Shown: positions 23,169 through 34,504, counted from the whole stretch's first letter. The stretch is DNA of 63,564 bases, filler included, from Salisapilia sapeloensis CBS 127946 (GCA_023334545.1; 9 parts of 9 records of this genome joined end to end with filler, not necessarily neighbours in it), one strand, 5' to 3'. Translations and numbers: made by a program. The notes: generated by a model not told the origin, from the sequence alone.

Positions 23169-25370
23169 CTATGACAAGTACCTAGAATCTCCCAAGGAAT
23201 CTTCAGTGTCTGACTGCTCATCTTCGTCCACGAGCACTCCGGAATCACCTTTTGCTTTCCAGGACACGCACAAAGAAATCGTACACTCTGAAATCGATGC
23301 TTGCTCTCTTTGCTTCTTCACCCATCGCTCCTCAAGCTCCAAAGGCAAGGAAAGCTTCTTTCCCTTTGCTTCTGTCAAATACTTTTCAGGAGTTATTTGC
23401 ACCGTCGCAAGCTTTTGATCGCTTGATCCACGATCATCGTAGACTTCCATACGGATAGTTCCGTGGTACTTGTTTTCGATCTTGAAATTAAATGTCTCGG
23501 CTGTATCCTTTCCGTCCCAACTTGGATTCGAAGTGATATGCTTCGAAACAGTGCTAACGTGCACGACGCCTTCCACTTCAACTCTTACGTAGGCACGTGC
23601 ACGGGGAAGGTTGGAGATACCAAGCAGCTTCACCTCCAAATCGAGTTTCTTCAGACTGGCATCGGAAATTGACGACTGACGATCAAATTGGGAGGAAAAT
23701 GAATGCCCTCCACTTGACGGTGTAAAGCTTCCGTTGGATCCCACAGACCCGAAGGAATTAAAGGGAAGGTTCTCACTTGAGTACATATCTTTCATCGACA
23801 CAATTGCGATTGTATGCTTCAACGCATTATCGCTTGGACTGTCGTTCGAAAAACGGTTAACAACGATCTCACCTTTTAGCTGCTTGTTCGCCAAGTTTGC
23901 GAGTTTCTTGATCACTTGTGGAAGCTCCAGTCGATGATTAGCATAGGGCTTACACATGCCTTCAATCAATTCCCACATTTCATCGATAACATTTGCTGGA
24001 CGCGATGGTAGCTTGTGCGTGAGGATGTTGTTGCATATCTCATCTTCACTCAAACCCTTCCAAGGAACCTCCTGAGCAATGACCTCGTAAAAGCACATAC
24101 CAAGGGCAAATATATCGGATTCTGGCGGAACTTTGCCAGTGACACCTTTCTCTGCTAAAAGCTCTGGGGCTTTCCAGCGCACGCTGTTCCAGGACGGCAG
24201 TCGGCTTACAGAAAGGGACTCCGTTCGTATGCGGCTGTATCCAAAATCCGAGATCTTGGCTGTCTCGTCGTCGCTTACGAGAATGTTGCTTGCCTTGAGA
24301 TCAGTGTGGACAAGACCGTTGCCATGGAGATGATTGAGTCCATTTGCAGCATCACGGAACAATTTAAACAGCATGCGCTCGTTTCCAGCTTTTCCAAAGT
24401 ACTGAGCAAAGTTACCGTTCGAAGCATACTCACAGACAAAGAAGAGAGGCTTTCCGACGTCGCAAATACCGAGCAACTTTAATACATTTTCATGATGATG
24501 AACTTTTCGCCATTTGTACGCCTCCTTTAGAAGCGAACGTTGCGTTGTTTTACCATCTTGAAGCAGTTGCTTGATTGCCACATATGAAGTTTCAGACTTC
24601 CACTTGGCTTTGTATACCATGCCATAGGATCCTTCACCAAGAAAACCACCACGAATTTCCGTCATTACGTCTTCTCGTGGGACGTACCAATCAGGTGGTG
24701 TACTCATTCTGTCCCTCCGGTCCGTTTCTTTTATCTCTCGTGCAACGAGCTTGAGCATGCTTTGCTCAGTATCTGAATGCTTCTTGAATCTGTACTTTTC
24801 TTCATACAGAAGGGTTCTCTGCGTGGACTCGTTGGAGGTCCTTACGTCGTCCAAAGCAGATCTTATTTTCTCAGTGTCGTCGAGTAATCTGTCTACCTTG
24901 AGCTCCTGCTCCTGCAATTTAGCTTGATACTTTGCCCCTGCAGCTCTCCATTCATGGTGAAAATTGCTTCTCACTCTCATATCGTCAAGATTAAGATCTT
25001 GAAATAGCAACTTTACTTCTTTCTTGTACATGGCAGTCGTATCATTCACTTTTCCGCGAAGAATGTACCGCATAATCTTCCCCTTTCCTGTGTACTCTAT
25101 TAAGAAATCATGGTAGTTGTAGACGATGTTGAAAAAGCGGTAGACGATTTTTTCGGACACAGCTCCCTGCTCAGTCAGCTCAAGTAGTGTTTGCGTAAGA
25201 TGCTGCAAATGGTCATTGACCTCCATACATTGTGCATGGCTTTCTTCCATCTCCTTGCAACATGTGTATATTCCCTCGAGCAAGTTGGCCACTCCTCGAA
25301 GTCCAGGAACTGCATCCTCCACGACATCAAGCAATTCACGCGCGATTAGGACGCCAATATCGGTCGACAT
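23169..25370 (-). CDS. MLKL-like N-terminal four-helix bundle + coiled coil + TKL kinase (non-RD) + C2 domain
   Basis: Intronless 733-aa ORF. The N-terminus IYTCCKEMEESHAQC...LTQTLLELTEQG...RF...IMRYI parallels the MLKL 4HB. The kinase has GEGSYG, VAIK, HTDLKASN, DFG and WKAPE. The C-terminal beta-rich segment (NPSW...FNF...MEVYD...DQKLATVQI) fits a C2 domain. Confidence 0.85.
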   Translation of the reverse strand: MSTDIGVLIARELLDVVEDAVPGLRGVANLLEGIYTCCKEMEESHAQCMEVNDHLQHLTQTLLELTEQGAVSEKIVYRFFNIVYNYHDFLIEYTGKGKIMRYILRGKVNDTTAMYKKEVKLLFQDLNLDDMRVRSNFHHEWRAAGAKYQAKLQEQELKVDRLLDDTEKIRSALDDVRTSNESTQRTLLYEEKYRFKKHSDTEQSMLKLVAREIKETDRRDRMSTPPDWYVPREDVMTEIRGGFLGEGSYGMVYKAKWKSETSYVAIKQLLQDGKTTQRSLLKEAYKWRKVHHHENVLKLLGICDVGKPLFFVCEYASNGNFAQYFGKAGNERMLFKLFRDAANGLNHLHGNGLVHTDLKASNILVSDDETAKISDFGYSRIRTESLSVSRLPSWNSVRWKAPELLAEKGVTGKVPPESDIFALGMCFYEVIAQEVPWKGLSEDEICNNILTHKLPSRPANVIDEMWELIEGMCKPYANHRLELPQVIKKLANLANKQLKGEIVVNRFSNDSPSDNALKHTIAIVSMKDMYSSENLPFNSFGSVGSNGSFTPSSGGHSFSSQFDRQSSISDASLKKLDLEVKLLGISNLPRARAYVRVEVEGVVHVSTVSKHITSNPSWDGKDTAETFNFKIENKYHGTIRMEVYDDRGSSDQKLATVQITPEKYLTEAKGKKLSLPLELEERWVKKQREQASISECTISLCVSWKAKGDSGVLVDEDEQSDTEDSLGDSRYLS

Positions 25371-27005
25371 CTTCTTCGTCAGGCGGATCTATTTATGCGC
25401 TTCTATTTGCCGATCCTAATCTGGGTACACTTTGCACGTAAAGCATATTGACTGGATAAAAAGACCTAGATGGGAAATGTAGAGTCTTTTATATGTCCGA
25501 AGATCATAATTGCAAAGAGAATGTAATGGACAATGTAAGCTAGATATTGCTAAGATTTTCTCTGCTTGGCATACCTAGCAGGAAGGGCTGTGACCGTCAA
25601 AGTTGGAATCTAACGCGAAGATGACGATGATGTGATGGAGCCAAGACAACCATATGATGAACGTTATCAGAAAGGACAATTAGACAAGATAGACGGATAA
25701 AGTACAAAGTATTAGTAAGATACTGGATGTGACTTGCTATTTCATTACTTTTTGTTAGGCAGCGCATCCTAAATATTCCAACAAGTGACATTTTGAATAG
25801 TATTGTGAATTCAGCAAAATCTTTCCAACGTGGGCTTAATTGAAATATAGCCAAAATATAGCTATTGAGCAACGATGATGATGATGAAAATGAGAAGTGA
25901 GGTACATCGACGTCGATAACGCTACGACGTCTTCAGTCCGTACCATCACGGTCTAGTAACGTGGCAGCCGATCTTCCGGTTGTTGCATTTTAAATGCCTA
26001 GCGTTCCTGCTTTCTTGGCAGGTTTTCGATGAACCTGTGAGCGGCTTCTTTGAGGTTGCAAAGAACTGATGTATGTGTGGTGATGTGCAAGCAAATTTGC
26101 GATGATAATCAATGCTGCCGTTACCAGCTGGTATACTGCCACCGATAGTTTTTCACTGTTACCCGTGATGGCGCCAGGAAAGTATATAAAGAATTACCTC
26201 GGACAGCACTAACCAGCAGCCCGAGGAGCTACCCCTGTATGTACCAGCATATATTTAGTTTGAGCCAGACGTATTCCCGGATATCCGGTGAAGAGTCGGC
26301 GTATGTACGACGATAGTTGGCGATAGGGTCAACGAGACTCAAGGCACCCGGATGTAGTACCCGATAGTGCTAAATTGCCATGTATCAGGTGGAGCCAGAA
26401 GTAATCGCCGGTGCCGGCTAACATCGATCACTACCAGTGAATTGCTGATTGTAACGGGCGCTCCGTCCGTTACTTTAGTAAGAGACTTTGTCTTCCTTTG
26501 CTTTTAGTACTTGTTTGGTACAGATGATTAGATGTGCAGCCTATTCCTCCATAGAATATGGAAGGTACATTTGATAGAAAGATGTGTAAGCTAGTGCAGG
26601 ATTTAAATGTACCAAATATAGCTAATTTTTAGGTTTCTCACGCTTTTCCTATCGCACATGTAAGCCACTCACAGGTAACAAGAGTCCCAATGCCATAGCT
26701 TGAGATGGAACCGTAAGGATCCTGCAGCGGCGGCTGCACACAGAGATCGATCGTGGACCCTATTCCGTGGAAGGCGAGATCGCGTGTCTATGGGCAATGG
26801 TTAACACCGTCACCGCTCTTTCCATCCCTATTTAAGAGGTGGACGCAACTCATCTGGATCTCAAAGAGAGCGTAATCGATCAATATACACTCCATTGAAA
26901 CAAAACAAATACGAGATGTTGGAAGTCGTTGCAGGATGTTTGAAGTTGTTGCCAATAGTTGCACAGTGTTCCTGAACGTTGCGAAGTGTTGCAACTGTCT
27001 CCAAT

Positions 27006-27357
27006 TGTAACGGGAAGTTACATGAATGTATCCCAAGCTGGGGTAACATTCCGGATCTTGAAGCGGGTCCTTGTAATGGAGCATGTGACGCAAATACAAA
27101 GGTACAAGGAACATGAATGGTCGTTAGACCTTTCCATACTAAGTTGAAGATTAAGGAGATTGTATTAGGATTTAGTAGGTATATAGAAACTCGAAGTCTA
27201 GTATTCGAATTAAGCCTCAATCCAATCAGTTCTCATTTTGCTTTCTAAAGCACAAGTGTCTTACACTACTTCCGTACTTTTTAAGTATCAGAGTTTCATA
27301 CTCCGCGTTTTACGCTTCTCTTACGTTTACAGGGCTATCATTGTGACTTCCGTTACA
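27006..27357 (-). mobile_element. Solo-type Gypsy LTR (352 bp)
   Basis: TG...CA ends with terminal inverted repeats TGTAACGG(G)AAG/CTTCCGTTACA. Closely similar to the LTR at 45690-45993, which adjoins gag/protease. Confidence 0.85.
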
Positions 27358-27958
27358 CGGTCCATGCCAGAAGTATTGAGACTACTATTGTGGGAACGAC
27401 TTGCATCGTGTCCCATGTAATGGTTGGTCCATTACATTATCTCACTAAAGTACAATCTACTATTTCCTTGGTTTCAATTGGTATCTTCATACAAATTGCT
27501 AAAGCATCCTTGCACGCAAAGTGTAAGCTAAAGTAATACAGCGGTAACTCTATTACATGACACGTGCGTTGTGAGGATGACGGTTTAAAACTAGAAGTGA
27601 GAATATATTGATACTTTAGACTGATCCTACTTTTGCACATCTTCCTAAATCTACCACCATGTGATATCTAGGAAGGATGCAAATCATCTAAACTTGTACC
27701 AACAAAGAACCAAAGTAAAATAAAGTAGCGCTAATCTGAAGTAAAGGTAGAAGCCCGTTGCACGTACTGTTGAGCAGCTGATGCACGTAGTGAGTAGAGT
27801 TTATTACAATATTTTCGTAGACGTAGACTTACCATTTCTGTTCGGTATAAATTTTTGTTTTTCCCTTTCGCAACACTAGCGGCAGGTCTTCGACACAAGG
27901 CGTTTATGAAGCTTGAAAACAGCTAGACTACAATACAATTAGACATTGTAAAAGTCGT

Positions 27959-28213
27959 TCAGTGTAAGTTATTACATGGTATCATACACTTATGATGTTC
28001 TTTGGTCGCGTCAGCTTTAGCTAGTTTCTTCTCTTGTTGTTTACGTGCCAGCTGCTTCTTACGTCGTTCCCGTGCCTGTATGATTAAGTCGTATCCATAG
28101 ACTCCAAGAAGTGTCGGTGCGAACGTGTCGATGGAAGTGCCGTCATTAGGTTGGCCATGCGTAGGAGAGGTTGGCGGTGTTATCGTCTCTGGCTCGGACG
28201 ACTCAGTGTTCAT
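27959..28213 (-). CDS. Possible small hypothetical protein (basic coiled-coil C-half), exon structure unclear
   Basis: ATG-initiated ORF with a P/T-rich then K/R/E helical composition; no family recognised. Confidence 0.3.
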   Translation of the reverse strand: MNTESSEPETITPPTSPTHGQPNDGTSIDTFAPTLLGVYGYDLIIQARERRKKQLARKQQEKKLAKADATKEHHKCMIPCNNLH

Positions 28214-28630
28214 CGCAAAGCTCTTCGTAAAGGGATCGCGGATACCGGCCGTGTGATGACCGTTGATTTAAACGCTCGAATCTAATTGTCTTGCTTTTCA
28301 GATAAGATTTGCTTCTGATTATGGAAACTTGAATTTCTTCCTTGAACTTGGGCATTTAAAGAAGGGATGCTTTGGTAGATGCAAATCTGATTTATTCAGA
28401 TTTGCTTTCAGTATGAGTTGCACTTCCTATATCTGCCTATATCTGCCTAGATCACTCATCATCATGCGCAAATACCATTTCCTCAACCACGTTTTATTTG
28501 CCGATAGAGCTAAATGCTAACTTTTGCACACTAGACTCTATAGGTTGCGAGTGAAACTTACGTATCTTCGGTTGAAGAAGTAATCAGATATCAGGTCAAA
28601 ATTTCTTCCATAAAAAATTAAGGGGAAATA

Positions 28631-28731
28631 AAAAAAATGATACATTTTCAAATTTAAATTAAAAAATGTTACACAATTCGAGAAACTAAGAAAAATGTTA
28701 CACAATTTCGAGCATAAATTAAAATGTTACA
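28631..28731. repeat. AT-rich degenerate direct repeats (AAAATGTTACA core, about 30-nt period)
   Basis: Copies start near 28631, 28661, 28691 and 28721; the two central copies share AAAAATGTTACACAATT(T)CGAG. Confidence 0.7.
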
Positions 28732-28961
28732 TCAGTTAAAAATACGAAATTATCAAGGAATTATCAACTATTTCTGGTAAAGTTTGGGGTCAATTAGCAG
28801 TATGCGATGAGTATCGTGTAGAGCCACTTGATCACCCAGATCTATCAGCGATTGTTAAGTCNNNNNNNNNNNNNNNNNNNNNNNNNNNNNNNNNNNNNNN
28901 NNNNNTTAATTAATTAANNNNNNNNNNNNNNNNNNNNNNNNNNNNNNNNNNNNNNNNNNNN

Positions 28962-31045
28962 AGCCACCTAGTACAAGTCCAACCAAGGCGCCTACATCAG
29001 CACCGACATCAATTCCTACCGAGTCTCCGTCTTTATCCTCGAGTGGAAGCTCTACTGACGCACCGACTGAGGGACCAACTGAGGAACCAACAGAGGCACC
29101 GACATCGTCTCCCACTGAGTCTCCGTCTTTGTCTTCGAGCGGTAGTTCTACGAGTATTCCAACAGAGACACCGACGCAGTCGCCTACATCGCCTCCTACC
29201 GAGTCTCCATCTTCATCCTCGAGTGGAAGCTCTACTGACCCACCAACAGAGCCCCCGTCCTCTTCATCTAGTGGCAACTCTACGAGTAGCCCAACAGATA
29301 CACCGACGTCTTCACCAACAGAGGCACCTGAGGACCCTACACAAGCTCCGACAGATCCTCCATCTTCTTCGTCCAGTGGAAACTCTACCGACTCACCAAC
29401 TCAAGAGCCAAGTCAGGAACCAACCGAGTCTCCGTCCTTGTCCTCGAGTGGAAGCTCTACATCGACTCCGACAGAACCACCGGCATCGCCTCCAACGGAC
29501 GCTCCATCGTCGTCGTCCAGTGGAGACTCTACGAGTACTCCGACACAGTCGCCTACATCGACTCCGACGGACGCTCCTTCAGTAGTTCCAACAGAGTCTC
29601 CGTCATCTTCATCTAGTGGAAACTCTACGGCCAATCCGACTGAGCCACCCACCGAAGGTCCAACAGAGTCCCCATCTTTGTCCTCGAGTGGTAGCTCTAC
29701 GTCGACTCCAACAGAAGTTCCATCTTCATCGTCAAGTGGAGACTCTACAGAGTATCCGACAGTGACGCCAACGGATTATCCGACTGAGACGCCTTCTACT
29801 TCATCAAGTGGAGACTCCTCGGATCCACCGATACAAGTCCCGACGTCGACCCCAACCGAAGCTCCGTCTTCGTCTTCATCCAGTAGCAACTCTACTACTC
29901 CCACGCAGTCTCCAACCACGGCTCCGACACTGCCTCCAACGGACGCTCCGTCCTCGTCCAGTGATAACTCGACGTATCCGACGGAATCTCCATCTGGCAG
30001 TGGATCGGACTATACGCCATCGATAACTCCACCTACATCAGGCAGCAACTCGGGCAGCAACGCAACGGACTATCCTCCCAGTCCATCCAACGACAGCTCT
30101 GACAGTAACGATATCGAAGTACCTTCCTCCTCTCATAGCCACTCTGGATCTAACGCTACCGATTATCCTTCCGGCAGTGGTTCTGGATCTAATGCTACCG
30201 ACTATCCTTCCGGTAGTGGTTCTGGATCTAATGCCACAGACTATCCCTCGAGTAGTGGTTCCGGTTGGGCAGGTTCTTCTAGTAACGTGACAGACTCGAT
30301 CTCTGGATCGGATAGTGGCTCTGGCAGTGGTGTCACGGACCCTCCAAATGGTTCGAACTCATCTTCTGACTCTAGTTCGAAAGATACTAGTGATAGTGGC
30401 TCCAATGTCGTTCCTTTGCCGTCTATATCTGGTTCCGGTAGTGACTATGGAAGTAACGACACGGATGCGAGCTCTGGATCGGATGCGTATGGAAACTCTG
30501 GGTCCGAGACACCAGCGCCAGATTTCTCTCAAGACGACGGAAGTGATCCGAGTGTTGGCGACTCGGATAGTAAGCCGGATACGCCGACACCGACGACGCC
30601 AAAGCCGACGTACTTGCCACCGATTGGCGTGGACCCGACGCCGACGCCTTCTTCCGATAGCAGTCAGCCAGCGTTTCTCGGTAGTGACATCGGTGGGAAG
30701 CCGAATAGTACGTCCAAGAACGACTTGATCAACATTGCACCGATCACGTCGGACTCTGGGAGCGACGAGCGTCAGATTAATGATCCGGGTGGGAACTCTG
30801 GCATCGATACGGGCACGAGTGGAGGTGACGGAGGTGGTTTCTGGGTCTTCATCCTCGTTGCCGTGATCGTCGCGATTGCGATCTTGATCGGACTGTTTAT
30901 CTTTTTGTATAAGAAGAAGGGGTGCATTCGACCGAGGCGGATACGAGGGTTAGTACGCGGACGTCAGTTGCAATTCATGGTCGTAACACCGCCGGGTCGA
31001 GGTGGCCACACGCCCTTAGCAGGCGGATATGAAGACCAGGCATGA
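28962..31045 (+). CDS. Mucin-like Ser/Thr/Pro-rich type I membrane protein, 5'-truncated by gap
   Basis: Repeats of TE(A/S)PSSSSSG(D/N/S)ST..PT, three NATDYPS(G/S)SGSG units, a single TM (FWVFILVAVIVAIAILIGLFIFLY) followed by KKK, and a short tail. Confidence 0.9.
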
Positions 31046-31105
31046 ATGTGGTAGCAGAAAATTTTTGACAAGTGTGCAAAGCATTTTTTTCAACGGTAAA
31101 AAAGT

Positions 31106-31869
31106 TTATTCTTTCAAATGATGAAAGCGTTTCGAAGTGTAGTTGGTGTAGGTACAGAATTGGTTCGACAGTTTCGACTGGAAGGATGGTTCAAAGTCTG
31201 TCGGGAGGAAGCCGAGTTCATGGTGGATGGATGCTTGCATCACACGACCGGTCACGAAGCAACATGGCGTGAGGATCCGAGGTTTCTCTGGCGACTCGAT
31301 GCTCTCTTCCACGTCCTTTGCCAACCAGCGCATCGTGTCGGCGAATTTACGTAGACAGTCATCGTTCTAGATATCGTAGATTAGCTTGTGGATGTAGGAA
31401 GGAAGTGAAAGGTCGTTACGAGGTAGGGTGGGTCGACGACGATGTAGTCAAAGAAATGGTGGAATTTCTCCGGTAACCTCGTCGGCTCGTTGTAGTCATA
31501 GTAGACGTACTGGCTCGGGTATTTATTAGCAAACCTCCGGTCGTACTCGAACAGGTAGACATTATCATTCTTTGCCAGGTCGGCGTACCAGAATGCGGCC
31601 GGTGTACTAATGAAGGCAATGCGACCGGTCGCACTGACATCCTGCGCCTCCTTGGCCAAGGTCATGCCCGTTTTTTCGTCATAAAAGCTACTCCATCCGA
31701 TTGAGTTAACGTAAATATTCCATGGAAAAAATCGAAGCTAGAGTAGGTACAATTGGGAGAGACCAAAGTCTTCATCGAGTTTATCTTCCTGCGTCTGCTG
31801 CTCGGTGAGATGCTGCTGGAGCGCAGCGAGCGTGTCGGCGGAGAGTTCACTAGATAAGAGAGCGTCCAT
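31106..31869 (-). CDS. EEF1AKMT1: EEF1A lysine methyltransferase 1 (N6AMT2-like), 3 exons
   Basis: LSADTLAALQ, EDFGLSQ|FWYD, IAFISTP, LFEYDRRF, YYDYNEP, VVDPPYL and FEPSFQSKLSNQFCTYTNY. Confidence 0.9.
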
Positions 31870-32011
31870 TGTCGAGTGTGAGTGGTGGGTGGCGCGAAAG
31901 ACGATGCAGCCACCAGGCCGAAGGTCCAAGAAATTTTCATATTTGCACAAACGATCCAACTGGAAAATTGACATTTGAAATGCTATTAAATACGCGGTTT
32001 AAGTTATCCAT

Positions 32012-32497
32012 CTAGGCGAGCTCTTCAGTCGAGCATACTTCAGGAATGATATCGAGGTAGTCGATGCCATCGCGATGGAGTCGCTGCATCTCGCGACTGA
32101 ACGGGACTTTTCGGCCACTGACTAGTACTCGGATACCACCGTCTAGCTCCTTAGGGAGTTCGATCGTACCCAGCGTTTTCTCTTTCTTCTTCGAATGAAT
32201 AAGACGTCGCCAAAAGCTCGTCTTCTTCTTCTTCTTGTCTTTGGTCTTTTTCGAGCGTAATTTGGAAAAGAAATTGCTTGGGCGCTCTTCATCGCTGCTA
32301 CTGGAAGTTGAAGCTGTCGATGGATATGAGTCACGAGTACTCATGTCCTCGTCTTCGCTGGCTGGAAGGATCGACGTTGGGGGTAGCACTGGCTCACACA
32401 CCATGTTAATTTGTAGATCGCCTGTCAGTCGTTCGAGGAGAATCGGATAATGGTCGTGCCGAAGCACCAGAAGCGATGAGAGTGAATGTAGATTCAT
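32012..32497 (-). CDS. Hypothetical protein with Lys-rich segment
   Basis: 161-aa ATG ORF with coding-like composition; no family recognised. Confidence 0.6.
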   Translation of the reverse strand: MNLHSLSSLLVLRHDHYPILLERLTGDLQINMVCEPVLPPTSILPASEDEDMSTRDSYPSTASTSSSSDEERPSNFFSKLRSKKTKDKKKKKTSFWRRLIHSKKKEKTLGTIELPKELDGGIRVLVSGRKVPFSREMQRLHRDGIDYLDIIPEVCSTEELA

Positions 32498-32964
32498 TCG
32501 GTTTCGGATGAAGGTCTTCTACACCCTGATTGGTTGAAATGCCTTGTAGTCGATGATGATTGGTTAATACGAAAAGTATGTCTCATCTTTCGAAATTTTC
32601 ACCTACAGTCAGACTAAAGCACAGGATGGCTCGCTAGAGTCCAACACGTCCAAAGTTCCATTTGCCTGGATTTTCCACTCACGTCACATTGAAGCAGACG
32701 ATACGATCAAAAATGACTGGGCGAAAGCGTCTCTACGTTTCTTGAAGGCTTCCCAGCACTTTACTTGTGCCGTCCACACATCACTAGGTGCATCCTGTTG
32801 GCGTGTCCGACCTCTTCCTTCCAATACATCGCTTCTGCCAGGTTTGAACCCGCGAGCGAGTGTACCGCACGTGTGCACTTAAATACGCCACTAGCCAGAT
32901 TCGAGTCTATTTCACTTCGAGAAAAGAACCACAGGCACGAGAAGCTCCAAGTGCAACGGCAAGA

Positions 32965-33807
32965 ATGGCAGAAAACATGACTGCGCTCAAGATTGGCTAC
33001 AACGGGGAGATGCACCGCACTCGTGTCGCCCTCCCATCCTTTTCACTCGCGCAGCTCCACCAACTCTTCATCACGACGTTCCACCTGTCGCCCAACACGT
33101 TCGTCGTCCAGTACACGGATGCCGATGGCGACAAGATCAACGTTTGCTCGGATGCAGAGTTTGCGGAAGCCTGCCGCGTCTTTACGGCGGAGAATGCCAC
33201 GGCCCCAACGCTCAAGTTCATCGCGACGGTTCGTGAAGGAAACCACTCGTCTGCTCAGGCCTTCCAAGAGCAAGTCCAGGACCCGATTGTCAGCTCGTTT
33301 GAAAAGTTGATCACGGCGTTAAAGCATGACAGTCAGGAAGGCATGGAGATCACGCAGGGTGCTTTTCGCGTTGCGGCGGCGGACGCCATGGAGAGCCTGG
33401 AAACGGCGCGCATGCGTTTGAACGAACTTCCTTTCGACGAGATGTTAAAGGAGACGTCGGATGGACTCCAGACAGCCTACGAAGGTCTGTCGAAATTCGC
33501 ACAGGAGTTTGTAAATGAAGTGCAGCACGAAGCAGAGAAGCTGAACAAGGAGACGGAAGTCATGGAAAAGGAGCCGGAGGTGAAGGAGCCAGAAGTGAAG
33601 GCACCGGAAGTAAAGGAACCGCCAGTCCAACAAGAAGTGGAAGAACCCAAGGAAGCGAAGAAGACGCCGGCAGAGTTGAAGTGGGAGAATGAGCTCGCGA
33701 TGGTCCACGCCATCCTGCCAGAGACCGAGACTGCGCGTGTGATTGCGCTCTTGGAAGCGAACCAAGGCGATGTCAACGTCGTCGTGAACGCGCTCATGGA
33801 GGCGTAA
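32965..33807 (+). CDS. PB1 + C-terminal UBA-like protein (p62/NBR1-like)
   Basis: ALKIGYNGEMHR...VQYTDADGDKINVCSDAEF is a PB1 domain with Lys and OPCA motif. KWENELAMV...LLEANQGDVNVVVNALM is UBA-like. Confidence 0.8.
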   Translation: MAENMTALKIGYNGEMHRTRVALPSFSLAQLHQLFITTFHLSPNTFVVQYTDADGDKINVCSDAEFAEACRVFTAENATAPTLKFIATVREGNHSSAQAFQEQVQDPIVSSFEKLITALKHDSQEGMEITQGAFRVAAADAMESLETARMRLNELPFDEMLKETSDGLQTAYEGLSKFAQEFVNEVQHEAEKLNKETEVMEKEPEVKEPEVKAPEVKEPPVQQEVEEPKEAKKTPAELKWENELAMVHAILPETETARVIALLEANQGDVNVVVNALMEA

Positions 33808-34504
33808 AAAGAAGAGCTCTAATGCATATGTAAGACGAAATGAAAAGAACTCCAAGCTTTGTTTGGTTCCAATCGACATGTACCGTTTCTTTATATTGCC
33901 GTTTCATGTCCAAATGCATAGTACGCTGTTGCTCCGAAACTGCTTCATACGTGTACCAAGATGTAATTTAACTCGTCTGTGTGAACGCTGTTAGGTAGAA
34001 CTTTGGTGCATCAAGCAGTCTCATGGCACCCTACCGATCCACTATTGGCATCGATCTTTTATTCATCGACAAGCGGTATCGGCTAGCTAAATTTGTGGAT
34101 CGAAAGGTTCAATTATAAAGCGAGCGTACGTAGCGGCAGTCTGAATGAGGTTTCTGATATTTTAAGTCGTGTGGATTCGCTGCAAGCTAGATATCTGCGT
34201 AGTTAGCAGTAAAGATAGTTACGACTGATCGAAATCAGACAGTTTGCGCATTATAAATGGCATCGAGGTGGAGGCTGGTACGAACTATTAAGCGCATGAA
34301 GTCCAGTGCTGGAAGAATGAGCGCCCTATCATCCTCCGTTGTGGGGTTTGTCGTTTGATCACAACAGGAAAGTAAAGAGAGAGTCTCCACGACTAGACCG
34401 GGAAAGTGTATCGCTTACTGTCGGAGTAACAGCACTCTCTAGGGTAAAAATACGTTTCCTGTGATCCATCATTCAGCTTACACTCGGTCATGGTCACCAC
34501 CATC

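Noticed and set aside
29043-29585. Arg/His/Leu-rich and reverse-strand ORFs over the mucin
   Set aside because: Alternate-frame by-products of Ser/Thr/Pro repeat codons.
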